Assembly: GCA_001793095.1 (NCBI GenBank)
Contig: MGHG01000008.1
Coordinates: 269-64,268, forward strand
DNA from: Candidatus Woesebacteria bacterium RIFCSPLOWO2_01_FULL_39_23
GTDB taxonomy: Bacteria > Patescibacteriota > Microgenomatia > UBA8517
Direction of reading: 5' to 3'
Length of the DNA: 64,000 bases
The position numbers were made by a program, and so were the translations under genes. Under the pieces are notes generated by a model. That model had not been told where the DNA came from, made no database searches, and worked only from the letters and a program-made list of their open reading frames with translations. This document shows positions 39,105-48,162 of this stretch, piece by piece; the first letter of the stretch is position 1, and the number at the start of each line of letters is the position of its first letter.

Positions 39105-39695
39105 TCACTTAACAACTCTTAGATCCAGTTCTTCGATTACTAAGTCAGCAACATGTCTCAAAACCGCAAATTCAACATCGTCCAGTTCCCGAAGAAGAAA
39201 CTCCCCGTCTGAAGTCTTTTTAAGCAGTCCTGCTCCGCCCACGCCAACTCTAATCTTCCAAAAAGTATTATCTCCTAATGACTCGCTTATTTTAGCTATT
39301 TCTGAGTGGTCAAACGGTTTGTTGTCAATTTTATAGTCATTGATTTTCAAAGTCGAATCATAAACGGCTACATAGAGATTGTCCAACTCCAAGGTGCTTT
39401 CTCCCTCATTAGAAAGATTCTCTTCCTTTTGTTTTTTCAGGTAAAATCTAGCTAGGTTTCTAACTACAGTACCTATCTCAGAAACCCAAGTTCTTGGCTT
39501 TACAAGAACAGTTAACGGATCGTCTTTTATAACCACGAGCATATACTTACCTGTAATTTTCCACTCATAACGAAGCTCCCTTGGAAAAATGTTAGCAAGT
39601 TCCTGGGCAATCTTATCAATAATAATAAATCCGGCATTAAACCTTGTCCTCGCATACTTCACCCCCGGATTACCAACACCAACTATTAATTTCAT
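39105..39695 (-). CDS. pth: Peptidyl-tRNA hydrolase homolog, degenerate active site
   Basis: MKLIVG.GNPG.KY..TRFNAGF, KP.T, RVGVG; catalytic His and GHNG missing. Confidence 0.7.
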   Translation of the reverse strand: MKLIVGVGNPGVKYARTRFNAGFIIIDKIAQELANIFPRELRYEWKITGKYMLVVIKDDPLTVLVKPRTWVSEIGTVVRNLARFYLKKQKEENLSNEGESTLELDNLYVAVYDSTLKINDYKIDNKPFDHSEIAKISESLGDNTFWKIRVGVGGAGLLKKTSDGEFLLRELDDVEFAVLRHVADLVIEELDLRVVK

Positions 39696-39778
39696 AGATC
39701 TATTCTATCCTACCCCAAGTCAAGCTTAAATTACCTATTGCAATTCATCAAACGACTAACTATTATAAGGTCAATCAT

Positions 39779-39973
39779 ATGTTTAGTTCACTTCGCAACA
39801 TCGGTCTTCCGGAAATACTTATTATCGCAGCAGTTCTCGTTTTACTCTTCGGAGGCAAAAAGATCAGAGAGCTATCGCGAGGCCTGGGTGAATCGACAAA
39901 AGAGTTGAAAAACATTAAAAAAGAGATTAAGGGTGAAACGGAAGAGGAAAAAGTAGCCCATACGACTGAATAA
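39779..39973 (+). CDS. tatA: Twin-arginine translocase TatA/TatE family subunit
   Basis: IG.PE.....VL.LFGGKK..EL.RGLG. Confidence 0.9.
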   Translation: MFSSLRNIGLPEILIIAAVLVLLFGGKKIRELSRGLGESTKELKNIKKEIKGETEEEKVAHTTE

Positions 39974-39979
39974 AATACT

Positions 39980-40120
39980 ATGCGTAATATCGGCACAACT
40001 GAACTCGTAATTATTGCACTTATACTTCTTTTCCTGTTCGGTGGCAAGAAAATTCCCGAATTTATCAAAGGCCTCGGCAAAGCTATTGAGGAATTTCGCC
40101 GCGCTTCAAAGGAAAGCTAA
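39980..40120 (+). CDS. tatA: TatA/TatE family subunit (46 aa, below ORF-track cutoff)
   Basis: MRNIGTTELVIIALILLFLFGGKKIPEFIKGLGKAIEEFRRASKES. Confidence 0.9.
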   Translation: MRNIGTTELVIIALILLFLFGGKKIPEFIKGLGKAIEEFRRASKES

Positions 40121-40129
40121 CTCTCTATT

Positions 40130-40261
40130 GCCCCACACCAATTCCAGCTAAGTTTTCGGACACCTTTACTGTGAAATGCGAAATGCCTCAATCTGGTATT
40201 AAGCCGATTTCGGCTCCCAGAAGTTAAATTTCGGTGACCTCGTGTAGAATTTGTGCGGGGC
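40130..40261. mobile_element. Non-coding CCCCRCAC inverted-repeat element between tatA genes
   Basis: GCCCCACACCAATTC versus GAATTTGTGCGGGGC, 13/15 inverted match; about 130 bp. Confidence 0.55.
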
Positions 40262-40296
40262 TTGCACTTTAGCTTTGAACAAACTATCATTTTAAT

Positions 40297-40593
40297 ATGC
40301 TAGGTAATCTTGGATCTCCTGAAATTTTAGTCATAGGAATAGTTCTTCTCATGCTTTTCGGCAGTAAAAAACTTAATGAACTTGCACGCGGACTCGGTGA
40401 ATCCTCGAAAGAATACAAAAAGCTTAAAAACGAATATCAAAAAGCACTTAATGACGACCCTGACGTTGAAGAACAATCTACATCCGAAGATAGTGTAACT
40501 TTAAAATCTGAAAGGTCTCCGACCCGGAGGGTCTCTCCCCGAGCTGGAGAGCTCTCTGAGCAGGAAGCTGGCCTGGAAGGAGGTGAAGAGTAA
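40297..40593 (+). CDS. tatA: TatA/TatB family subunit with extended tail
   Basis: LGSPEIL....LMLFGSKKL.ELARGLG. Confidence 0.85.
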   Translation: MLGNLGSPEILVIGIVLLMLFGSKKLNELARGLGESSKEYKKLKNEYQKALNDDPDVEEQSTSEDSVTLKSERSPTRRVSPRAGELSEQEAGLEGGEE

Positions 40594-40740
40594 ATGCTAG
40601 GAAGATTCGGCGTAGCTGAACTATTAATTATTGCATTTCTTTTAGTCCTATTCTTTGGCGGAAAGAAAATTCCGGAATTTATACGAGGTTTAGGTGAAGC
40701 AGTTCGTGAATTTAAAAAAGGTGCCAAGGAAGAAAAGTAA
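40594..40740 (+). CDS. tatA: TatA/TatE family subunit (48 aa)
   Basis: MLGRFGVAELLIIAFLLVLFFGGKKIPEFIRGLGEAVREFKKG; GGAGGTGA RBS. Confidence 0.9.
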   Translation: MLGRFGVAELLIIAFLLVLFFGGKKIPEFIRGLGEAVREFKKGAKEEK

Positions 40741-40791
40741 AGCACAAGACCAAAATTCGTCGACACATATGCCCTAGCCAGAGACTGCTAT

Positions 40792-41538
40792 ATGGAAGAA
40801 GAAAGTTTCCTACCGGCGACGATACAGGACAGCTTCAATAAATATTTTCCGTATCTGATGGAGATCAGGAAGAGATTGTTTTTTATTGCAGCTATTTTTC
40901 TCGTTTCCGGGATATTTGGGTTTATTTATTATGAAAAAATAATAAGTACAATCCTGCATCTTCTGAACCTGACCGGTGTAAATATTGTCTTTACCTCGCC
41001 CTTCCAGTTTTTTACCTTATCTATAAATAGTGGATTTTTAGTTGGAGTGATTGTGTCCGCCCCGCTCATTTTCGCTCAAATCCTCTCTTTTATAAGGCCT
41101 GCGCTGACCAAAAAGGAATATAAAATTACAATTACTCTTCTCCCCGTCACTATAATTCTTTTCATCCTGGGATTTTTTTACGGTGTATCAATTATGAAAT
41201 ACATCGTGACCATCTTCTACCAAAAATCACAAGAGCTTAATATCGGGAATCTTCTGGACATCAACCTGCTGCTTGGAAAAATAATAACAACGGGCATCCT
41301 TCTCGGAGTTGCCTTTGAATTTCCTATCATTATGACTATTTTAATGCGACTTAATGTCATTAAATACAAAGACTTTATCAAACAGAGATTTTTGGCATAT
41401 TGCGTAGCAATTATATTTGCCGCACTTCTTCCTCCAACCGATATCCTGTCACTGATGCTTTTGACTCTTCCACTTGTAATGCTCTTTGAACTTACGCTAA
41501 TATTGAATAAGCTATTTTTAAAATCGCATTTATTATAA
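40792..41538 (+). CDS. tatC: Twin-arginine translocase TatC
   Basis: L.EIRKRL, SP..F, F.RPAL...E, GVAFEFP, PPTD..S, PL..LFE. Confidence 0.92.
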   Translation: MEEESFLPATIQDSFNKYFPYLMEIRKRLFFIAAIFLVSGIFGFIYYEKIISTILHLLNLTGVNIVFTSPFQFFTLSINSGFLVGVIVSAPLIFAQILSFIRPALTKKEYKITITLLPVTIILFILGFFYGVSIMKYIVTIFYQKSQELNIGNLLDINLLLGKIITTGILLGVAFEFPIIMTILMRLNVIKYKDFIKQRFLAYCVAIIFAALLPPTDILSLMLLTLPLVMLFELTLILNKLFLKSHLL

Positions 41539-41552
41539 TAAATTAGCGGGAG

Positions 41553-41844
41553 CCCCGCACCTGATTCTGGCTATGCATTATGTGTATGTTATTCAGAGTA
41601 TAAAATCTTATGAAATATACATCGGCTCTACAAAGAATCTAAAATTAAGACTTGGTAAACATAATGCAAATAAGAATACATCGACAAAAAATAGAGGACC
41701 CTGGATGTTAATTTACACAGAAGTATACAGATCAAAAGACGATGCGACGGAACGGGAATTCCGTCTTAAATACTATGGACGCGCCCTGGCTCAATTAAAA
41801 AGAAGACTCGTTAGGAGTCTTTTGAAGCCAGAATAGGTGCGGGG
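41553..41844 (+). mobile_element. CCCCGCACC inverted-repeat element carrying GIY-YIG gene (copy 2)
   Basis: CCCCGCACCTGATTCTGGCT versus AGCCAGAATAGGTGCGGGG (one bulge); 292 bp. Confidence 0.75.
41573..41836 (+). CDS. Small stand-alone GIY-YIG nuclease
   Basis: MHYVYVI..IYIGST..L..R...HN...STK.RGPW.LIY.E.Y....A..RE..LK. Confidence 0.92.
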   Translation: MHYVYVIQSIKSYEIYIGSTKNLKLRLGKHNANKNTSTKNRGPWMLIYTEVYRSKDDATEREFRLKYYGRALAQLKRRLVRSLLKPE

Positions 41845-41857
41845 GAGGTGATAACTA

Positions 41858-42001
41858 ATGGTAAAAGGTATCGGATCAACTGAATTAATTATTATTGCGA
41901 TTATACTTTTAATTCTTTTCGGCGGAAGGAAATTGCCTGAGCTGGGACGCGGGCTTGGTGAATCAATAAGAGAGCTGAAAAAATCGATGAAAAACAAATA
42001 A
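41858..42001 (+). CDS. tatA: TatA/TatE family subunit (47 aa)
   Basis: MVKGIGSTELIIIAIILLILFGGRKLPELGRGLGESIRELKKS; GGAGGTGA RBS. Confidence 0.9.
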   Translation: MVKGIGSTELIIIAIILLILFGGRKLPELGRGLGESIRELKKSMKNK

Positions 42002-42021
42002 AAGTAATTTCGATTCACCCC

Positions 42022-42438
42022 ATGATGCCAGTTATCCTTTTATCGGTCTTATTTCTCCCCTTTGTACTCTGGCCTGTTGAAAAACTTCTCCCCTTCCCTT
42101 TTTTAGTTGAGGAACTAGTCAAAGTCATTTATATACTCTTGATTATTAAGGAGGAAGAAGCGACGAAAGAGCGATTAATATCGGCGACTGTTGTCGGAGT
42201 CCTTTTTGCGCTAAGTGAGAGCTTTTTCTTTCTTTTGAATATCCAGGCTGTAGGCACACCTTCAACTCTTGTGACGCGACTTGTTTTAACACTACCGCTT
42301 CATGTCGTGACAACTGTCTTAATTATGTTACCTACTTTACTTAATAAGAAACTGATTATTCTAGGGTTTATCCTCGCTGCTACGCTGCACTTTCTATTCA
42401 ATATGGGGGTAACTAAGTTAGCGAACGGACCATTTTAA
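42022..42438 (+). CDS. PrsW-like intramembrane metalloprotease family protein
   Basis: VEELVK, FALSES, PLH, LHFLFN motifs in TM helices. Confidence 0.7.
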   Translation: MMPVILLSVLFLPFVLWPVEKLLPFPFLVEELVKVIYILLIIKEEEATKERLISATVVGVLFALSESFFFLLNIQAVGTPSTLVTRLVLTLPLHVVTTVLIMLPTLLNKKLIILGFILAATLHFLFNMGVTKLANGPF

Positions 42439-42921
42439 AAAAGCACTACTCGTTTCACTATCCGAAAAATCACATAATACCTCTCCGTTCATGCTTTTAT
42501 AAAAATCCAGAGCACCAGAGGTTTTATCCCCGACGTATGCATAAACTTCCTCGATCCTTTTCTCCCGGGCGAAACTAAATGTCTTTCTGAAGAGCTTTAC
42601 CCCGAAACCACCTTTTCGATACTGCGGCTTGACATACATGTACATCAATTCGTAGGTCGCAGGCGACATGGTAAAACCCGACCCTACCCAACCCTCAAGC
42701 CTGAACGTCTTTTGCCAAACCCGCATTTTAGCGGGAGAGTGCCCGATGACACTGAAACCTACCTTCTCCCCTTCCCTATCTTCAACAAATAAAACATAAA
42801 CCTTGGAATTTCTCTCTTCATCGGCGGCCTCAAACTCTTTATTTATTCTGTTGACAAAATGCGCGTAAGTTCGATCACCTCCGACAATTTCTGCAATAAC
42901 TTTGATTTCATCCTTACTCAT
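42418..42921 (-). CDS. GNAT family acetyltransferase
   Basis: YVKPQYRKGGFGVKL and ALDFYK motifs. Confidence 0.85.
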   Translation of the reverse strand: MSKDEIKVIAEIVGGDRTYAHFVNRINKEFEAADEERNSKVYVLFVEDREGEKVGFSVIGHSPAKMRVWQKTFRLEGWVGSGFTMSPATYELMYMYVKPQYRKGGFGVKLFRKTFSFAREKRIEEVYAYVGDKTSGALDFYKSMNGEVLCDFSDSETSSAFLKWSVR

Positions 42922-42942
42922 TGATCCATATTAACATATGTG

Positions 42943-43030
42943 AGAATCGGAAAACTCAGACGACTCTGACTCCAGACTTCCGGAAACCCAACTTTCAGAC
43001 CATCTGATAATCTGATTTTCTGAGTATTCT
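42943..43030. repeat. Degenerate 9-mer-periodic inverted repeat
   Basis: GAATCGGAAAACTCAGA... versus ...TCTGATAATCTGATTTTCTGAGTATTCTGAGGATTCCGATTTTCTGA. Confidence 0.6.
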
Positions 43031-43053
43031 GAGGATTCCGATTTTCTGAATAT

Positions 43054-45957
43054 CTATTCCGACACTATTGAAGTATATTCTGAGCTAACCCACCCCGAAG
43101 TTCCATCCTGAAGTTCAATCTCATACCACCCATTATCTTCTCCTAGCAGTCTATATTTTTCCCCGGGTAATACCTTCGTTATTTCTCCACCTGATGGCTT
43201 TTCCCTGACTCTTAACCAACCCGTTGAGGTATTAAGAATCAGTACCACGGAGACAGTCGGTTCTTCCTTGACATCATCTTCTGCCGCATTGGGAGAAGTA
43301 ACAGCTTCTTCAACATAATCACCTGAGACCCAACCCGCAACTGTCCCCTCGCCTACCAAACCTGCATCTCCGCTTGTCTTACCAGATGCTGGCAAGAGAT
43401 GCGCTGCAATTGCTACATTTACCCAATCTCCATCCTCACTGATCTTTACAGCGTCCAAACTATCTATTAATTTTGCAAGTATTTTATCTTCTTTCGACGG
43501 TCCTTCTCTTAAATTGAGCTTAGAACCAAGGGGAACGTTAATTCTAACAATTTCCTGGCCACCAACGGCATTTGTTTTAGTTTTATCCTCCGCAACTGGT
43601 GCTGGAGTTATCGCATCCCCTTGCTTTTTTTCCTCAACATTGTCCTTGTTTTGTGAAGTCTCCATCTCCCGCCTTACCGAATTTGAAACAACTCCGGCGA
43701 CAATAAATCCGGAGGCTAGTGCAACGACGATTCCGAAGACACCGAAAGATATTCCGAATTTAATCCACCTTCCTACATTGACGCTTCTCTCAGACGTCGA
43801 GATACCTGTTGGTCCTTGTTTCTCACCTTTACCTTTTCTAGATTTAGATTTTCCGCTTGACGCTTTCTTCATAAAGACAACCATCAGTACAAAACCCGTT
43901 ATCATAATAATGATGAGTCCCCAAACAGTAAGTGCATTTACACTTCCTATGAAACCGAAAAGCGTACCTGTTGATGCAGCTAGGGTAACCAAATCCTGAA
44001 GCTTTGCCAACTTTGTCTCCACCGCATTTTTTTCTATCAAAGCTTCCCTATATGCGCGGATTCTTTGCTCGGGGGTGATCGCTTTCTTTTGCAGGGACAG
44101 GATCTTATCTAAGGACGCATCAATATCGCTTTTAAGAGTTACTCCTTGGGCAAAATATGACGTTTTCTCTAAAGGTCTTGAGAGATCAATTGCCTGTGAT
44201 CTAAAACTATCAACCTCGTCTTTTCCAATTACAAAAATATCTTCAAGCCGGATAGCGAGAACTCGCGTTTCATTTACCCTTAAAGGAATTTTTCCGTCAA
44301 CGTAATACTGATTTTTTTCCACATCATATTTAACCGACAAGAGATCGTCGTGGGAGAGAACGTCCTCTTCGCGAATTTCGGGTGGTAAATAATACTTCAA
44401 GATAGCCTCCTGACTGATTAACTTGGATGGATTGATAACCAGGGATTTAATTATTACACTACCCTCTTCAAGCCATGAACTCGCAATATAGGAGCTTGCT
44501 CCTTTTGCTAATAATAGTTTATTGGCAACGAGTAACCCCCTCATAGACAACAGAGAGTTTTTCTGACTTTTTTCAGGCGAGTTAGCATCTGCCGTCTTAC
44601 TGTCCAGCACAACCGACCCCTTCGGTACCTGGTTCACAGCGAGAACTTTTCTTTTCAAATCGCTGATTTTAGTCATCAGATCTTTGTCTCCCCGGACTGA
44701 ATCCCAATTAGTCAAAAGCTTCTCGACCTCACTCTGCCTGCCGTCCAGAGCCAGCGCAATACTCTCGGTCTTTTTAATTTTCCCGTATAAAGTACCATCA
44801 GATTGAATATCAGTCGCCGTACCGATCAATTTCTCAAGGCTTACTGAATTGGTAAATAGATTTTGAAGATCTTTCTTAGCACTTTTATCTCCCTTACCGG
44901 AACCGAGTGACGTTTGAATTGAGACTAAACCCTCTTTCAAGTTTGAAGTCTCAGCATTAATCTTCTCCCCCTCGTCCCAGTTCCAGGAATCATTAATCCA
45001 ATTTATCGACCCGTAAAGCGTATTAGTATTTTCAACATCGGACTCTTCACCCGCTAACTCGTTAAGCTCAATTACCTGGTCCAAAACCTGGCTTTCGGCT
45101 GTCTTCTCATAATTTTTTATAAGTGTTCCGATTTTACTGACGATATACTGATTATTTACGTAGAGTTGGTTTGCAACAGCCTTTGTTTCAGTTATTTTGG
45201 AATTCAAATCAGGTACATCATCCTCCAGTGAATATTCAATAATTGGCTTATTGACAAGTTTTTCTAGAAGGAGCCTCGTATCATCGGCCGTATCTTTTAC
45301 ATTGTTAATTTCGGTTGTAAGAGAAGTTATTCCCGATCCGGTAGCATTCGTCAAATCGGTTTTTGTCGCAATTGAACCGCTAGTTAAGCTCGGGTCTGTA
45401 AGAGTTCTTGATGAATTACTCCACATATTAGAAATGAGCGTCCCAAAAGTTGATAGCGACCTGGTCGAATAGCTCCAAATGTCACCAGCTAAACTCCCAA
45501 AACTTGAAAGTGTTCTTGAAGAATAACCCCAAACAGCACTGGCTATTGCGTCGGGGTCCGACGAGGTTGCTGCATCCGTTACTTCAAAATCTTTATCAAC
45601 GCATAACAATTCTGAACTGACAGTACAACAAACTTGTGTACGATAATAACCTGTCGTCGCCGGTGCTGTGAATTCATACGAGTACCACCCGTCAGACTCA
45701 GCTGCCGGAGGCATATTTTGATTGTCTAAATAAGACGTACCGTCTGGGTAACGGCTGGTGATGCTACAAATATCCGGAGTTGTTATCGGAGTGTACTCGT
45801 CATCGTACAAAAACTCACCGATGCCACACTCACTACCTACTGTACATGTTTGCGGGCTGCCTGCCGAAGCCCTGGCTAAATTTACATTACCAGCCAGGGC
45901 AAGGGCAGAGGCTGCCAAAAACGCCGAAATAGTTATAGCCTTCTTGGCAGTAGTCAT
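43054..45957 (-). CDS. Large secreted/membrane protein with W.YSTRTL repeats, coiled coils, two TMs and two SH3 domains
   Basis: Signal peptide; three W..S.R.L repeats; LNLREGPS and WLRVREKP..GWYEI..GWVS. Confidence 0.8.
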   Translation of the reverse strand: MTTAKKAITISAFLAASALALAGNVNLARASAGSPQTCTVGSECGIGEFLYDDEYTPITTPDICSITSRYPDGTSYLDNQNMPPAAESDGWYSYEFTAPATTGYYRTQVCCTVSSELLCVDKDFEVTDAATSSDPDAIASAVWGYSSRTLSSFGSLAGDIWSYSTRSLSTFGTLISNMWSNSSRTLTDPSLTSGSIATKTDLTNATGSGITSLTTEINNVKDTADDTRLLLEKLVNKPIIEYSLEDDVPDLNSKITETKAVANQLYVNNQYIVSKIGTLIKNYEKTAESQVLDQVIELNELAGEESDVENTNTLYGSINWINDSWNWDEGEKINAETSNLKEGLVSIQTSLGSGKGDKSAKKDLQNLFTNSVSLEKLIGTATDIQSDGTLYGKIKKTESIALALDGRQSEVEKLLTNWDSVRGDKDLMTKISDLKRKVLAVNQVPKGSVVLDSKTADANSPEKSQKNSLLSMRGLLVANKLLLAKGASSYIASSWLEEGSVIIKSLVINPSKLISQEAILKYYLPPEIREEDVLSHDDLLSVKYDVEKNQYYVDGKIPLRVNETRVLAIRLEDIFVIGKDEVDSFRSQAIDLSRPLEKTSYFAQGVTLKSDIDASLDKILSLQKKAITPEQRIRAYREALIEKNAVETKLAKLQDLVTLAASTGTLFGFIGSVNALTVWGLIIIMITGFVLMVVFMKKASSGKSKSRKGKGEKQGPTGISTSERSVNVGRWIKFGISFGVFGIVVALASGFIVAGVVSNSVRREMETSQNKDNVEEKKQGDAITPAPVAEDKTKTNAVGGQEIVRINVPLGSKLNLREGPSKEDKILAKLIDSLDAVKISEDGDWVNVAIAAHLLPASGKTSGDAGLVGEGTVAGWVSGDYVEEAVTSPNAAEDDVKEEPTVSVVLILNTSTGWLRVREKPSGGEITKVLPGEKYRLLGEDNGWYEIELQDGTSGWVSSEYTSIVSE

Positions 45958-45962
45958 AGAAT

Positions 45963-46109
45963 TTAGATTTTCTCTTTGGTAGCTTTTCTGAATTCTCTTA
46001 CAGAATCGGCTACTCCCTTTGATAACTCAGGAAGTTTTCTGCCGCCAAATAGAAACAACATAACCAAAGAAATTACTACTAATTCTGGGGTTCCAATGTT
46101 GCTTAACAA
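45963..46109 (-). CDS. tatA: TatA/TatE family subunit (48 aa, TTG start)
   Basis: MLSNIGTPELVVISLVMLFLFGGRKLPELSKGVADSVREFRKATKEKI; AGGAGGTGA RBS. Confidence 0.88.
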   Translation of the reverse strand: MLSNIGTPELVVISLVMLFLFGGRKLPELSKGVADSVREFRKATKEKI

Positions 46110-46128
46110 GTTAATCACCTCCTTTTTT

Positions 46129-46310
46129 TGCTAGAGAGGTCGGCGCCCAGTATCTTTGCTAAATTTAAACTAATGGATCCGGAATCAAGATTACGCTTGT
46201 ATCCAGACTGTTTTAGTGTTTGCTAAATGCAATGAATTGTTAAAGGTCCGGGCAGACAACTTATCTTTAACTAGCATATCCAGTATGTAGAGGTTAATTT
46301 GTCTTGTCAA
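46129..46310 (-). promoter_or_regulatory. Promoter plus structured ~145-nt 5' leader
   Basis: TTGACA-N17-CATACT (46310-46282); leader closed by TGCTAG/CTAGCA just before the RBS. Confidence 0.5.
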
Positions 46311-46414
46311 TAGCCATTTACAGGCATATCTATTCTTATCATAATCTTATCGCTATTTATATATTTAGCCTTACAAAAGTCGGTGAATTGGCAATTTGAC
46401 ACGATGATATAATT

Positions 46415-47416
46415 ATGATAACCTTTTTTAGAAAAGAGTTGACTCAGTCAAAAGGCTGCAAAACTTTTAAACACATGATTTTAGCATATAATTTATCCCC
46501 CACTATCAAAGATACTCTTGCAAAAATCGATGCCTTAAATAATAAACTTCTTCTTATTCCATTATCTTTGAAGAATGAACAAAGGCTTAAATGGGAAACC
46601 ACCATCGCAAGAATTTACTGGTCACTTATTTTGTCCGCGAACCCACTATCAAAAAACCACATGGCTAAAATTCTCGTCTCACATGACAATAAAAAAAGAG
46701 AAGGCAGACAGGTGATAAATTACCAGAAAGCACTAACCGAAATCAAAGACGAGTGGCTCGTCACAAGAAGAAACGTAACCCTTAATAGCTTACTAAGCCT
46801 CTATAAAACCTGCTGCAAAATTATTTCACCTCAGGATATAAGTCTAAAGAAAAGAAAAGAATTAAATATGCTTTTTGATTTTCTCAATCAAAGTACGGAA
46901 CATCCGGTAATTCAGGCCGGTATTTCTCAGATTGAGATGATAGAAATTGCGCCCTTTGATGACGGCAACGGCAGGATGGCAAGGCTCATGCCTTATTTGT
47001 ATCTTTATAAAAATGGTTACAACTGCCGTGACATGCTTGTTCTTGAGGAGTATTTCAGACGTGACCTGGTTGGCCTGAAACTCGCAATTGAAAATGTCAC
47101 TAAAAGCGGTAATCTGACTTACTGGCTCGAGTACTTTGTCAAAGGCTTTCACTCCCAACTTGAAAAAGCACTCGCAGGAGTAGAAGACATCAGATTTACC
47201 ACAGATATTTCCTCATCTTATTTCAAATTAAACGAACGCCAAAAAGAAATTATTGCACTTCTCGAATCTCCCGGCTCGAGGATTACTAATAAAATGGTTA
47301 AGAAGAGTTTCGGTACATCTCAAATTACTGCATCACGCGACTTGGCAAAACTCCTAAACCTTGAGATTGTCTTCGTTCATGGCAAAGGCAGATCAACTTA
47401 TTACACTAAAGCCTAA
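46415..47416 (+). CDS. Fic family protein with C-terminal HTH, degenerate motif
   Basis: APFDDGNGRMARL; LNERQ..TASRDL..L..GKGRSTYY. Confidence 0.88.
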   Translation: MITFFRKELTQSKGCKTFKHMILAYNLSPTIKDTLAKIDALNNKLLLIPLSLKNEQRLKWETTIARIYWSLILSANPLSKNHMAKILVSHDNKKREGRQVINYQKALTEIKDEWLVTRRNVTLNSLLSLYKTCCKIISPQDISLKKRKELNMLFDFLNQSTEHPVIQAGISQIEMIEIAPFDDGNGRMARLMPYLYLYKNGYNCRDMLVLEEYFRRDLVGLKLAIENVTKSGNLTYWLEYFVKGFHSQLEKALAGVEDIRFTTDISSSYFKLNERQKEIIALLESPGSRITNKMVKKSFGTSQITASRDLAKLLNLEIVFVHGKGRSTYYTKA

Positions 47417-47469
47417 TCGGGTGTGATACAATACATAGCCAATCATCCTTTCCTGCTCATATATCTTTA

Positions 47470-48135
47470 ATGGTAGATATTGAACCGAACAAATTATTGA
47501 GTATTGGAGAAGCTGCAGAGTATTTAGGCGTATCAATCGATACCCTTCGACGCTGGGAGGCGCGAGGTAGAATTGTACCTCTACGCTCCCCTGGCGGTCA
47601 TCGGTACTTCAGTAAAAATGACTTAGATAGTTTATTCAATAAAAAATATACCCGCGATGAGACAAGTACCACTGAAACAAAACCAATCGAAACTGAAAAA
47701 TCCACAACCGCGTCCGTACCTGATTCGCCAACTGTACCATTAACACAACCCATCTCCCCCATCCCTCCTGTACCCATCACCCCCGATACTGAAATACCAA
47801 TTGTACCTCCGGTGCATCATGTTGAAGAGATTCGCCCGGTTGAACCAAATCCTCCCATACTCATAAGAGAATCTCCACCCCCATCTCCCATCACACTAGA
47901 CCAGAGGCCACTGAGCATACTTAACCCGATTAGCCAAGTGATGCCCGCCCCAAGTCAGAATGTTTTCCAAAAGGAGAGCAGCGAAACTCCGTCATTACGG
48001 CTTGATACAAATAACGACAAAGCAAAAAAATCCGAGGTTATACTGATTATCTTGATTGTCTTTCTAACATTAGCAGATGTAGTTCTTTTTATTCTTTGGT
48101 ACTCGTCAACCAAAATCACCGCCCCAATTCCTTGA
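47470..48135 (+). CDS. MerR/excisionase-type HTH fused to Pro-rich linker and C-terminal TM
   Basis: LSIGEAA.YLGVSIDTLRRWE..G....RSPGGHRY. Confidence 0.85.
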   Translation: MVDIEPNKLLSIGEAAEYLGVSIDTLRRWEARGRIVPLRSPGGHRYFSKNDLDSLFNKKYTRDETSTTETKPIETEKSTTASVPDSPTVPLTQPISPIPPVPITPDTEIPIVPPVHHVEEIRPVEPNPPILIRESPPPSPITLDQRPLSILNPISQVMPAPSQNVFQKESSETPSLRLDTNNDKAKKSEVILIILIVFLTLADVVLFILWYSSTKITAPIP

Positions 48136-48162
48136 GAAAATGACTGATATGGAAAGTATCTG

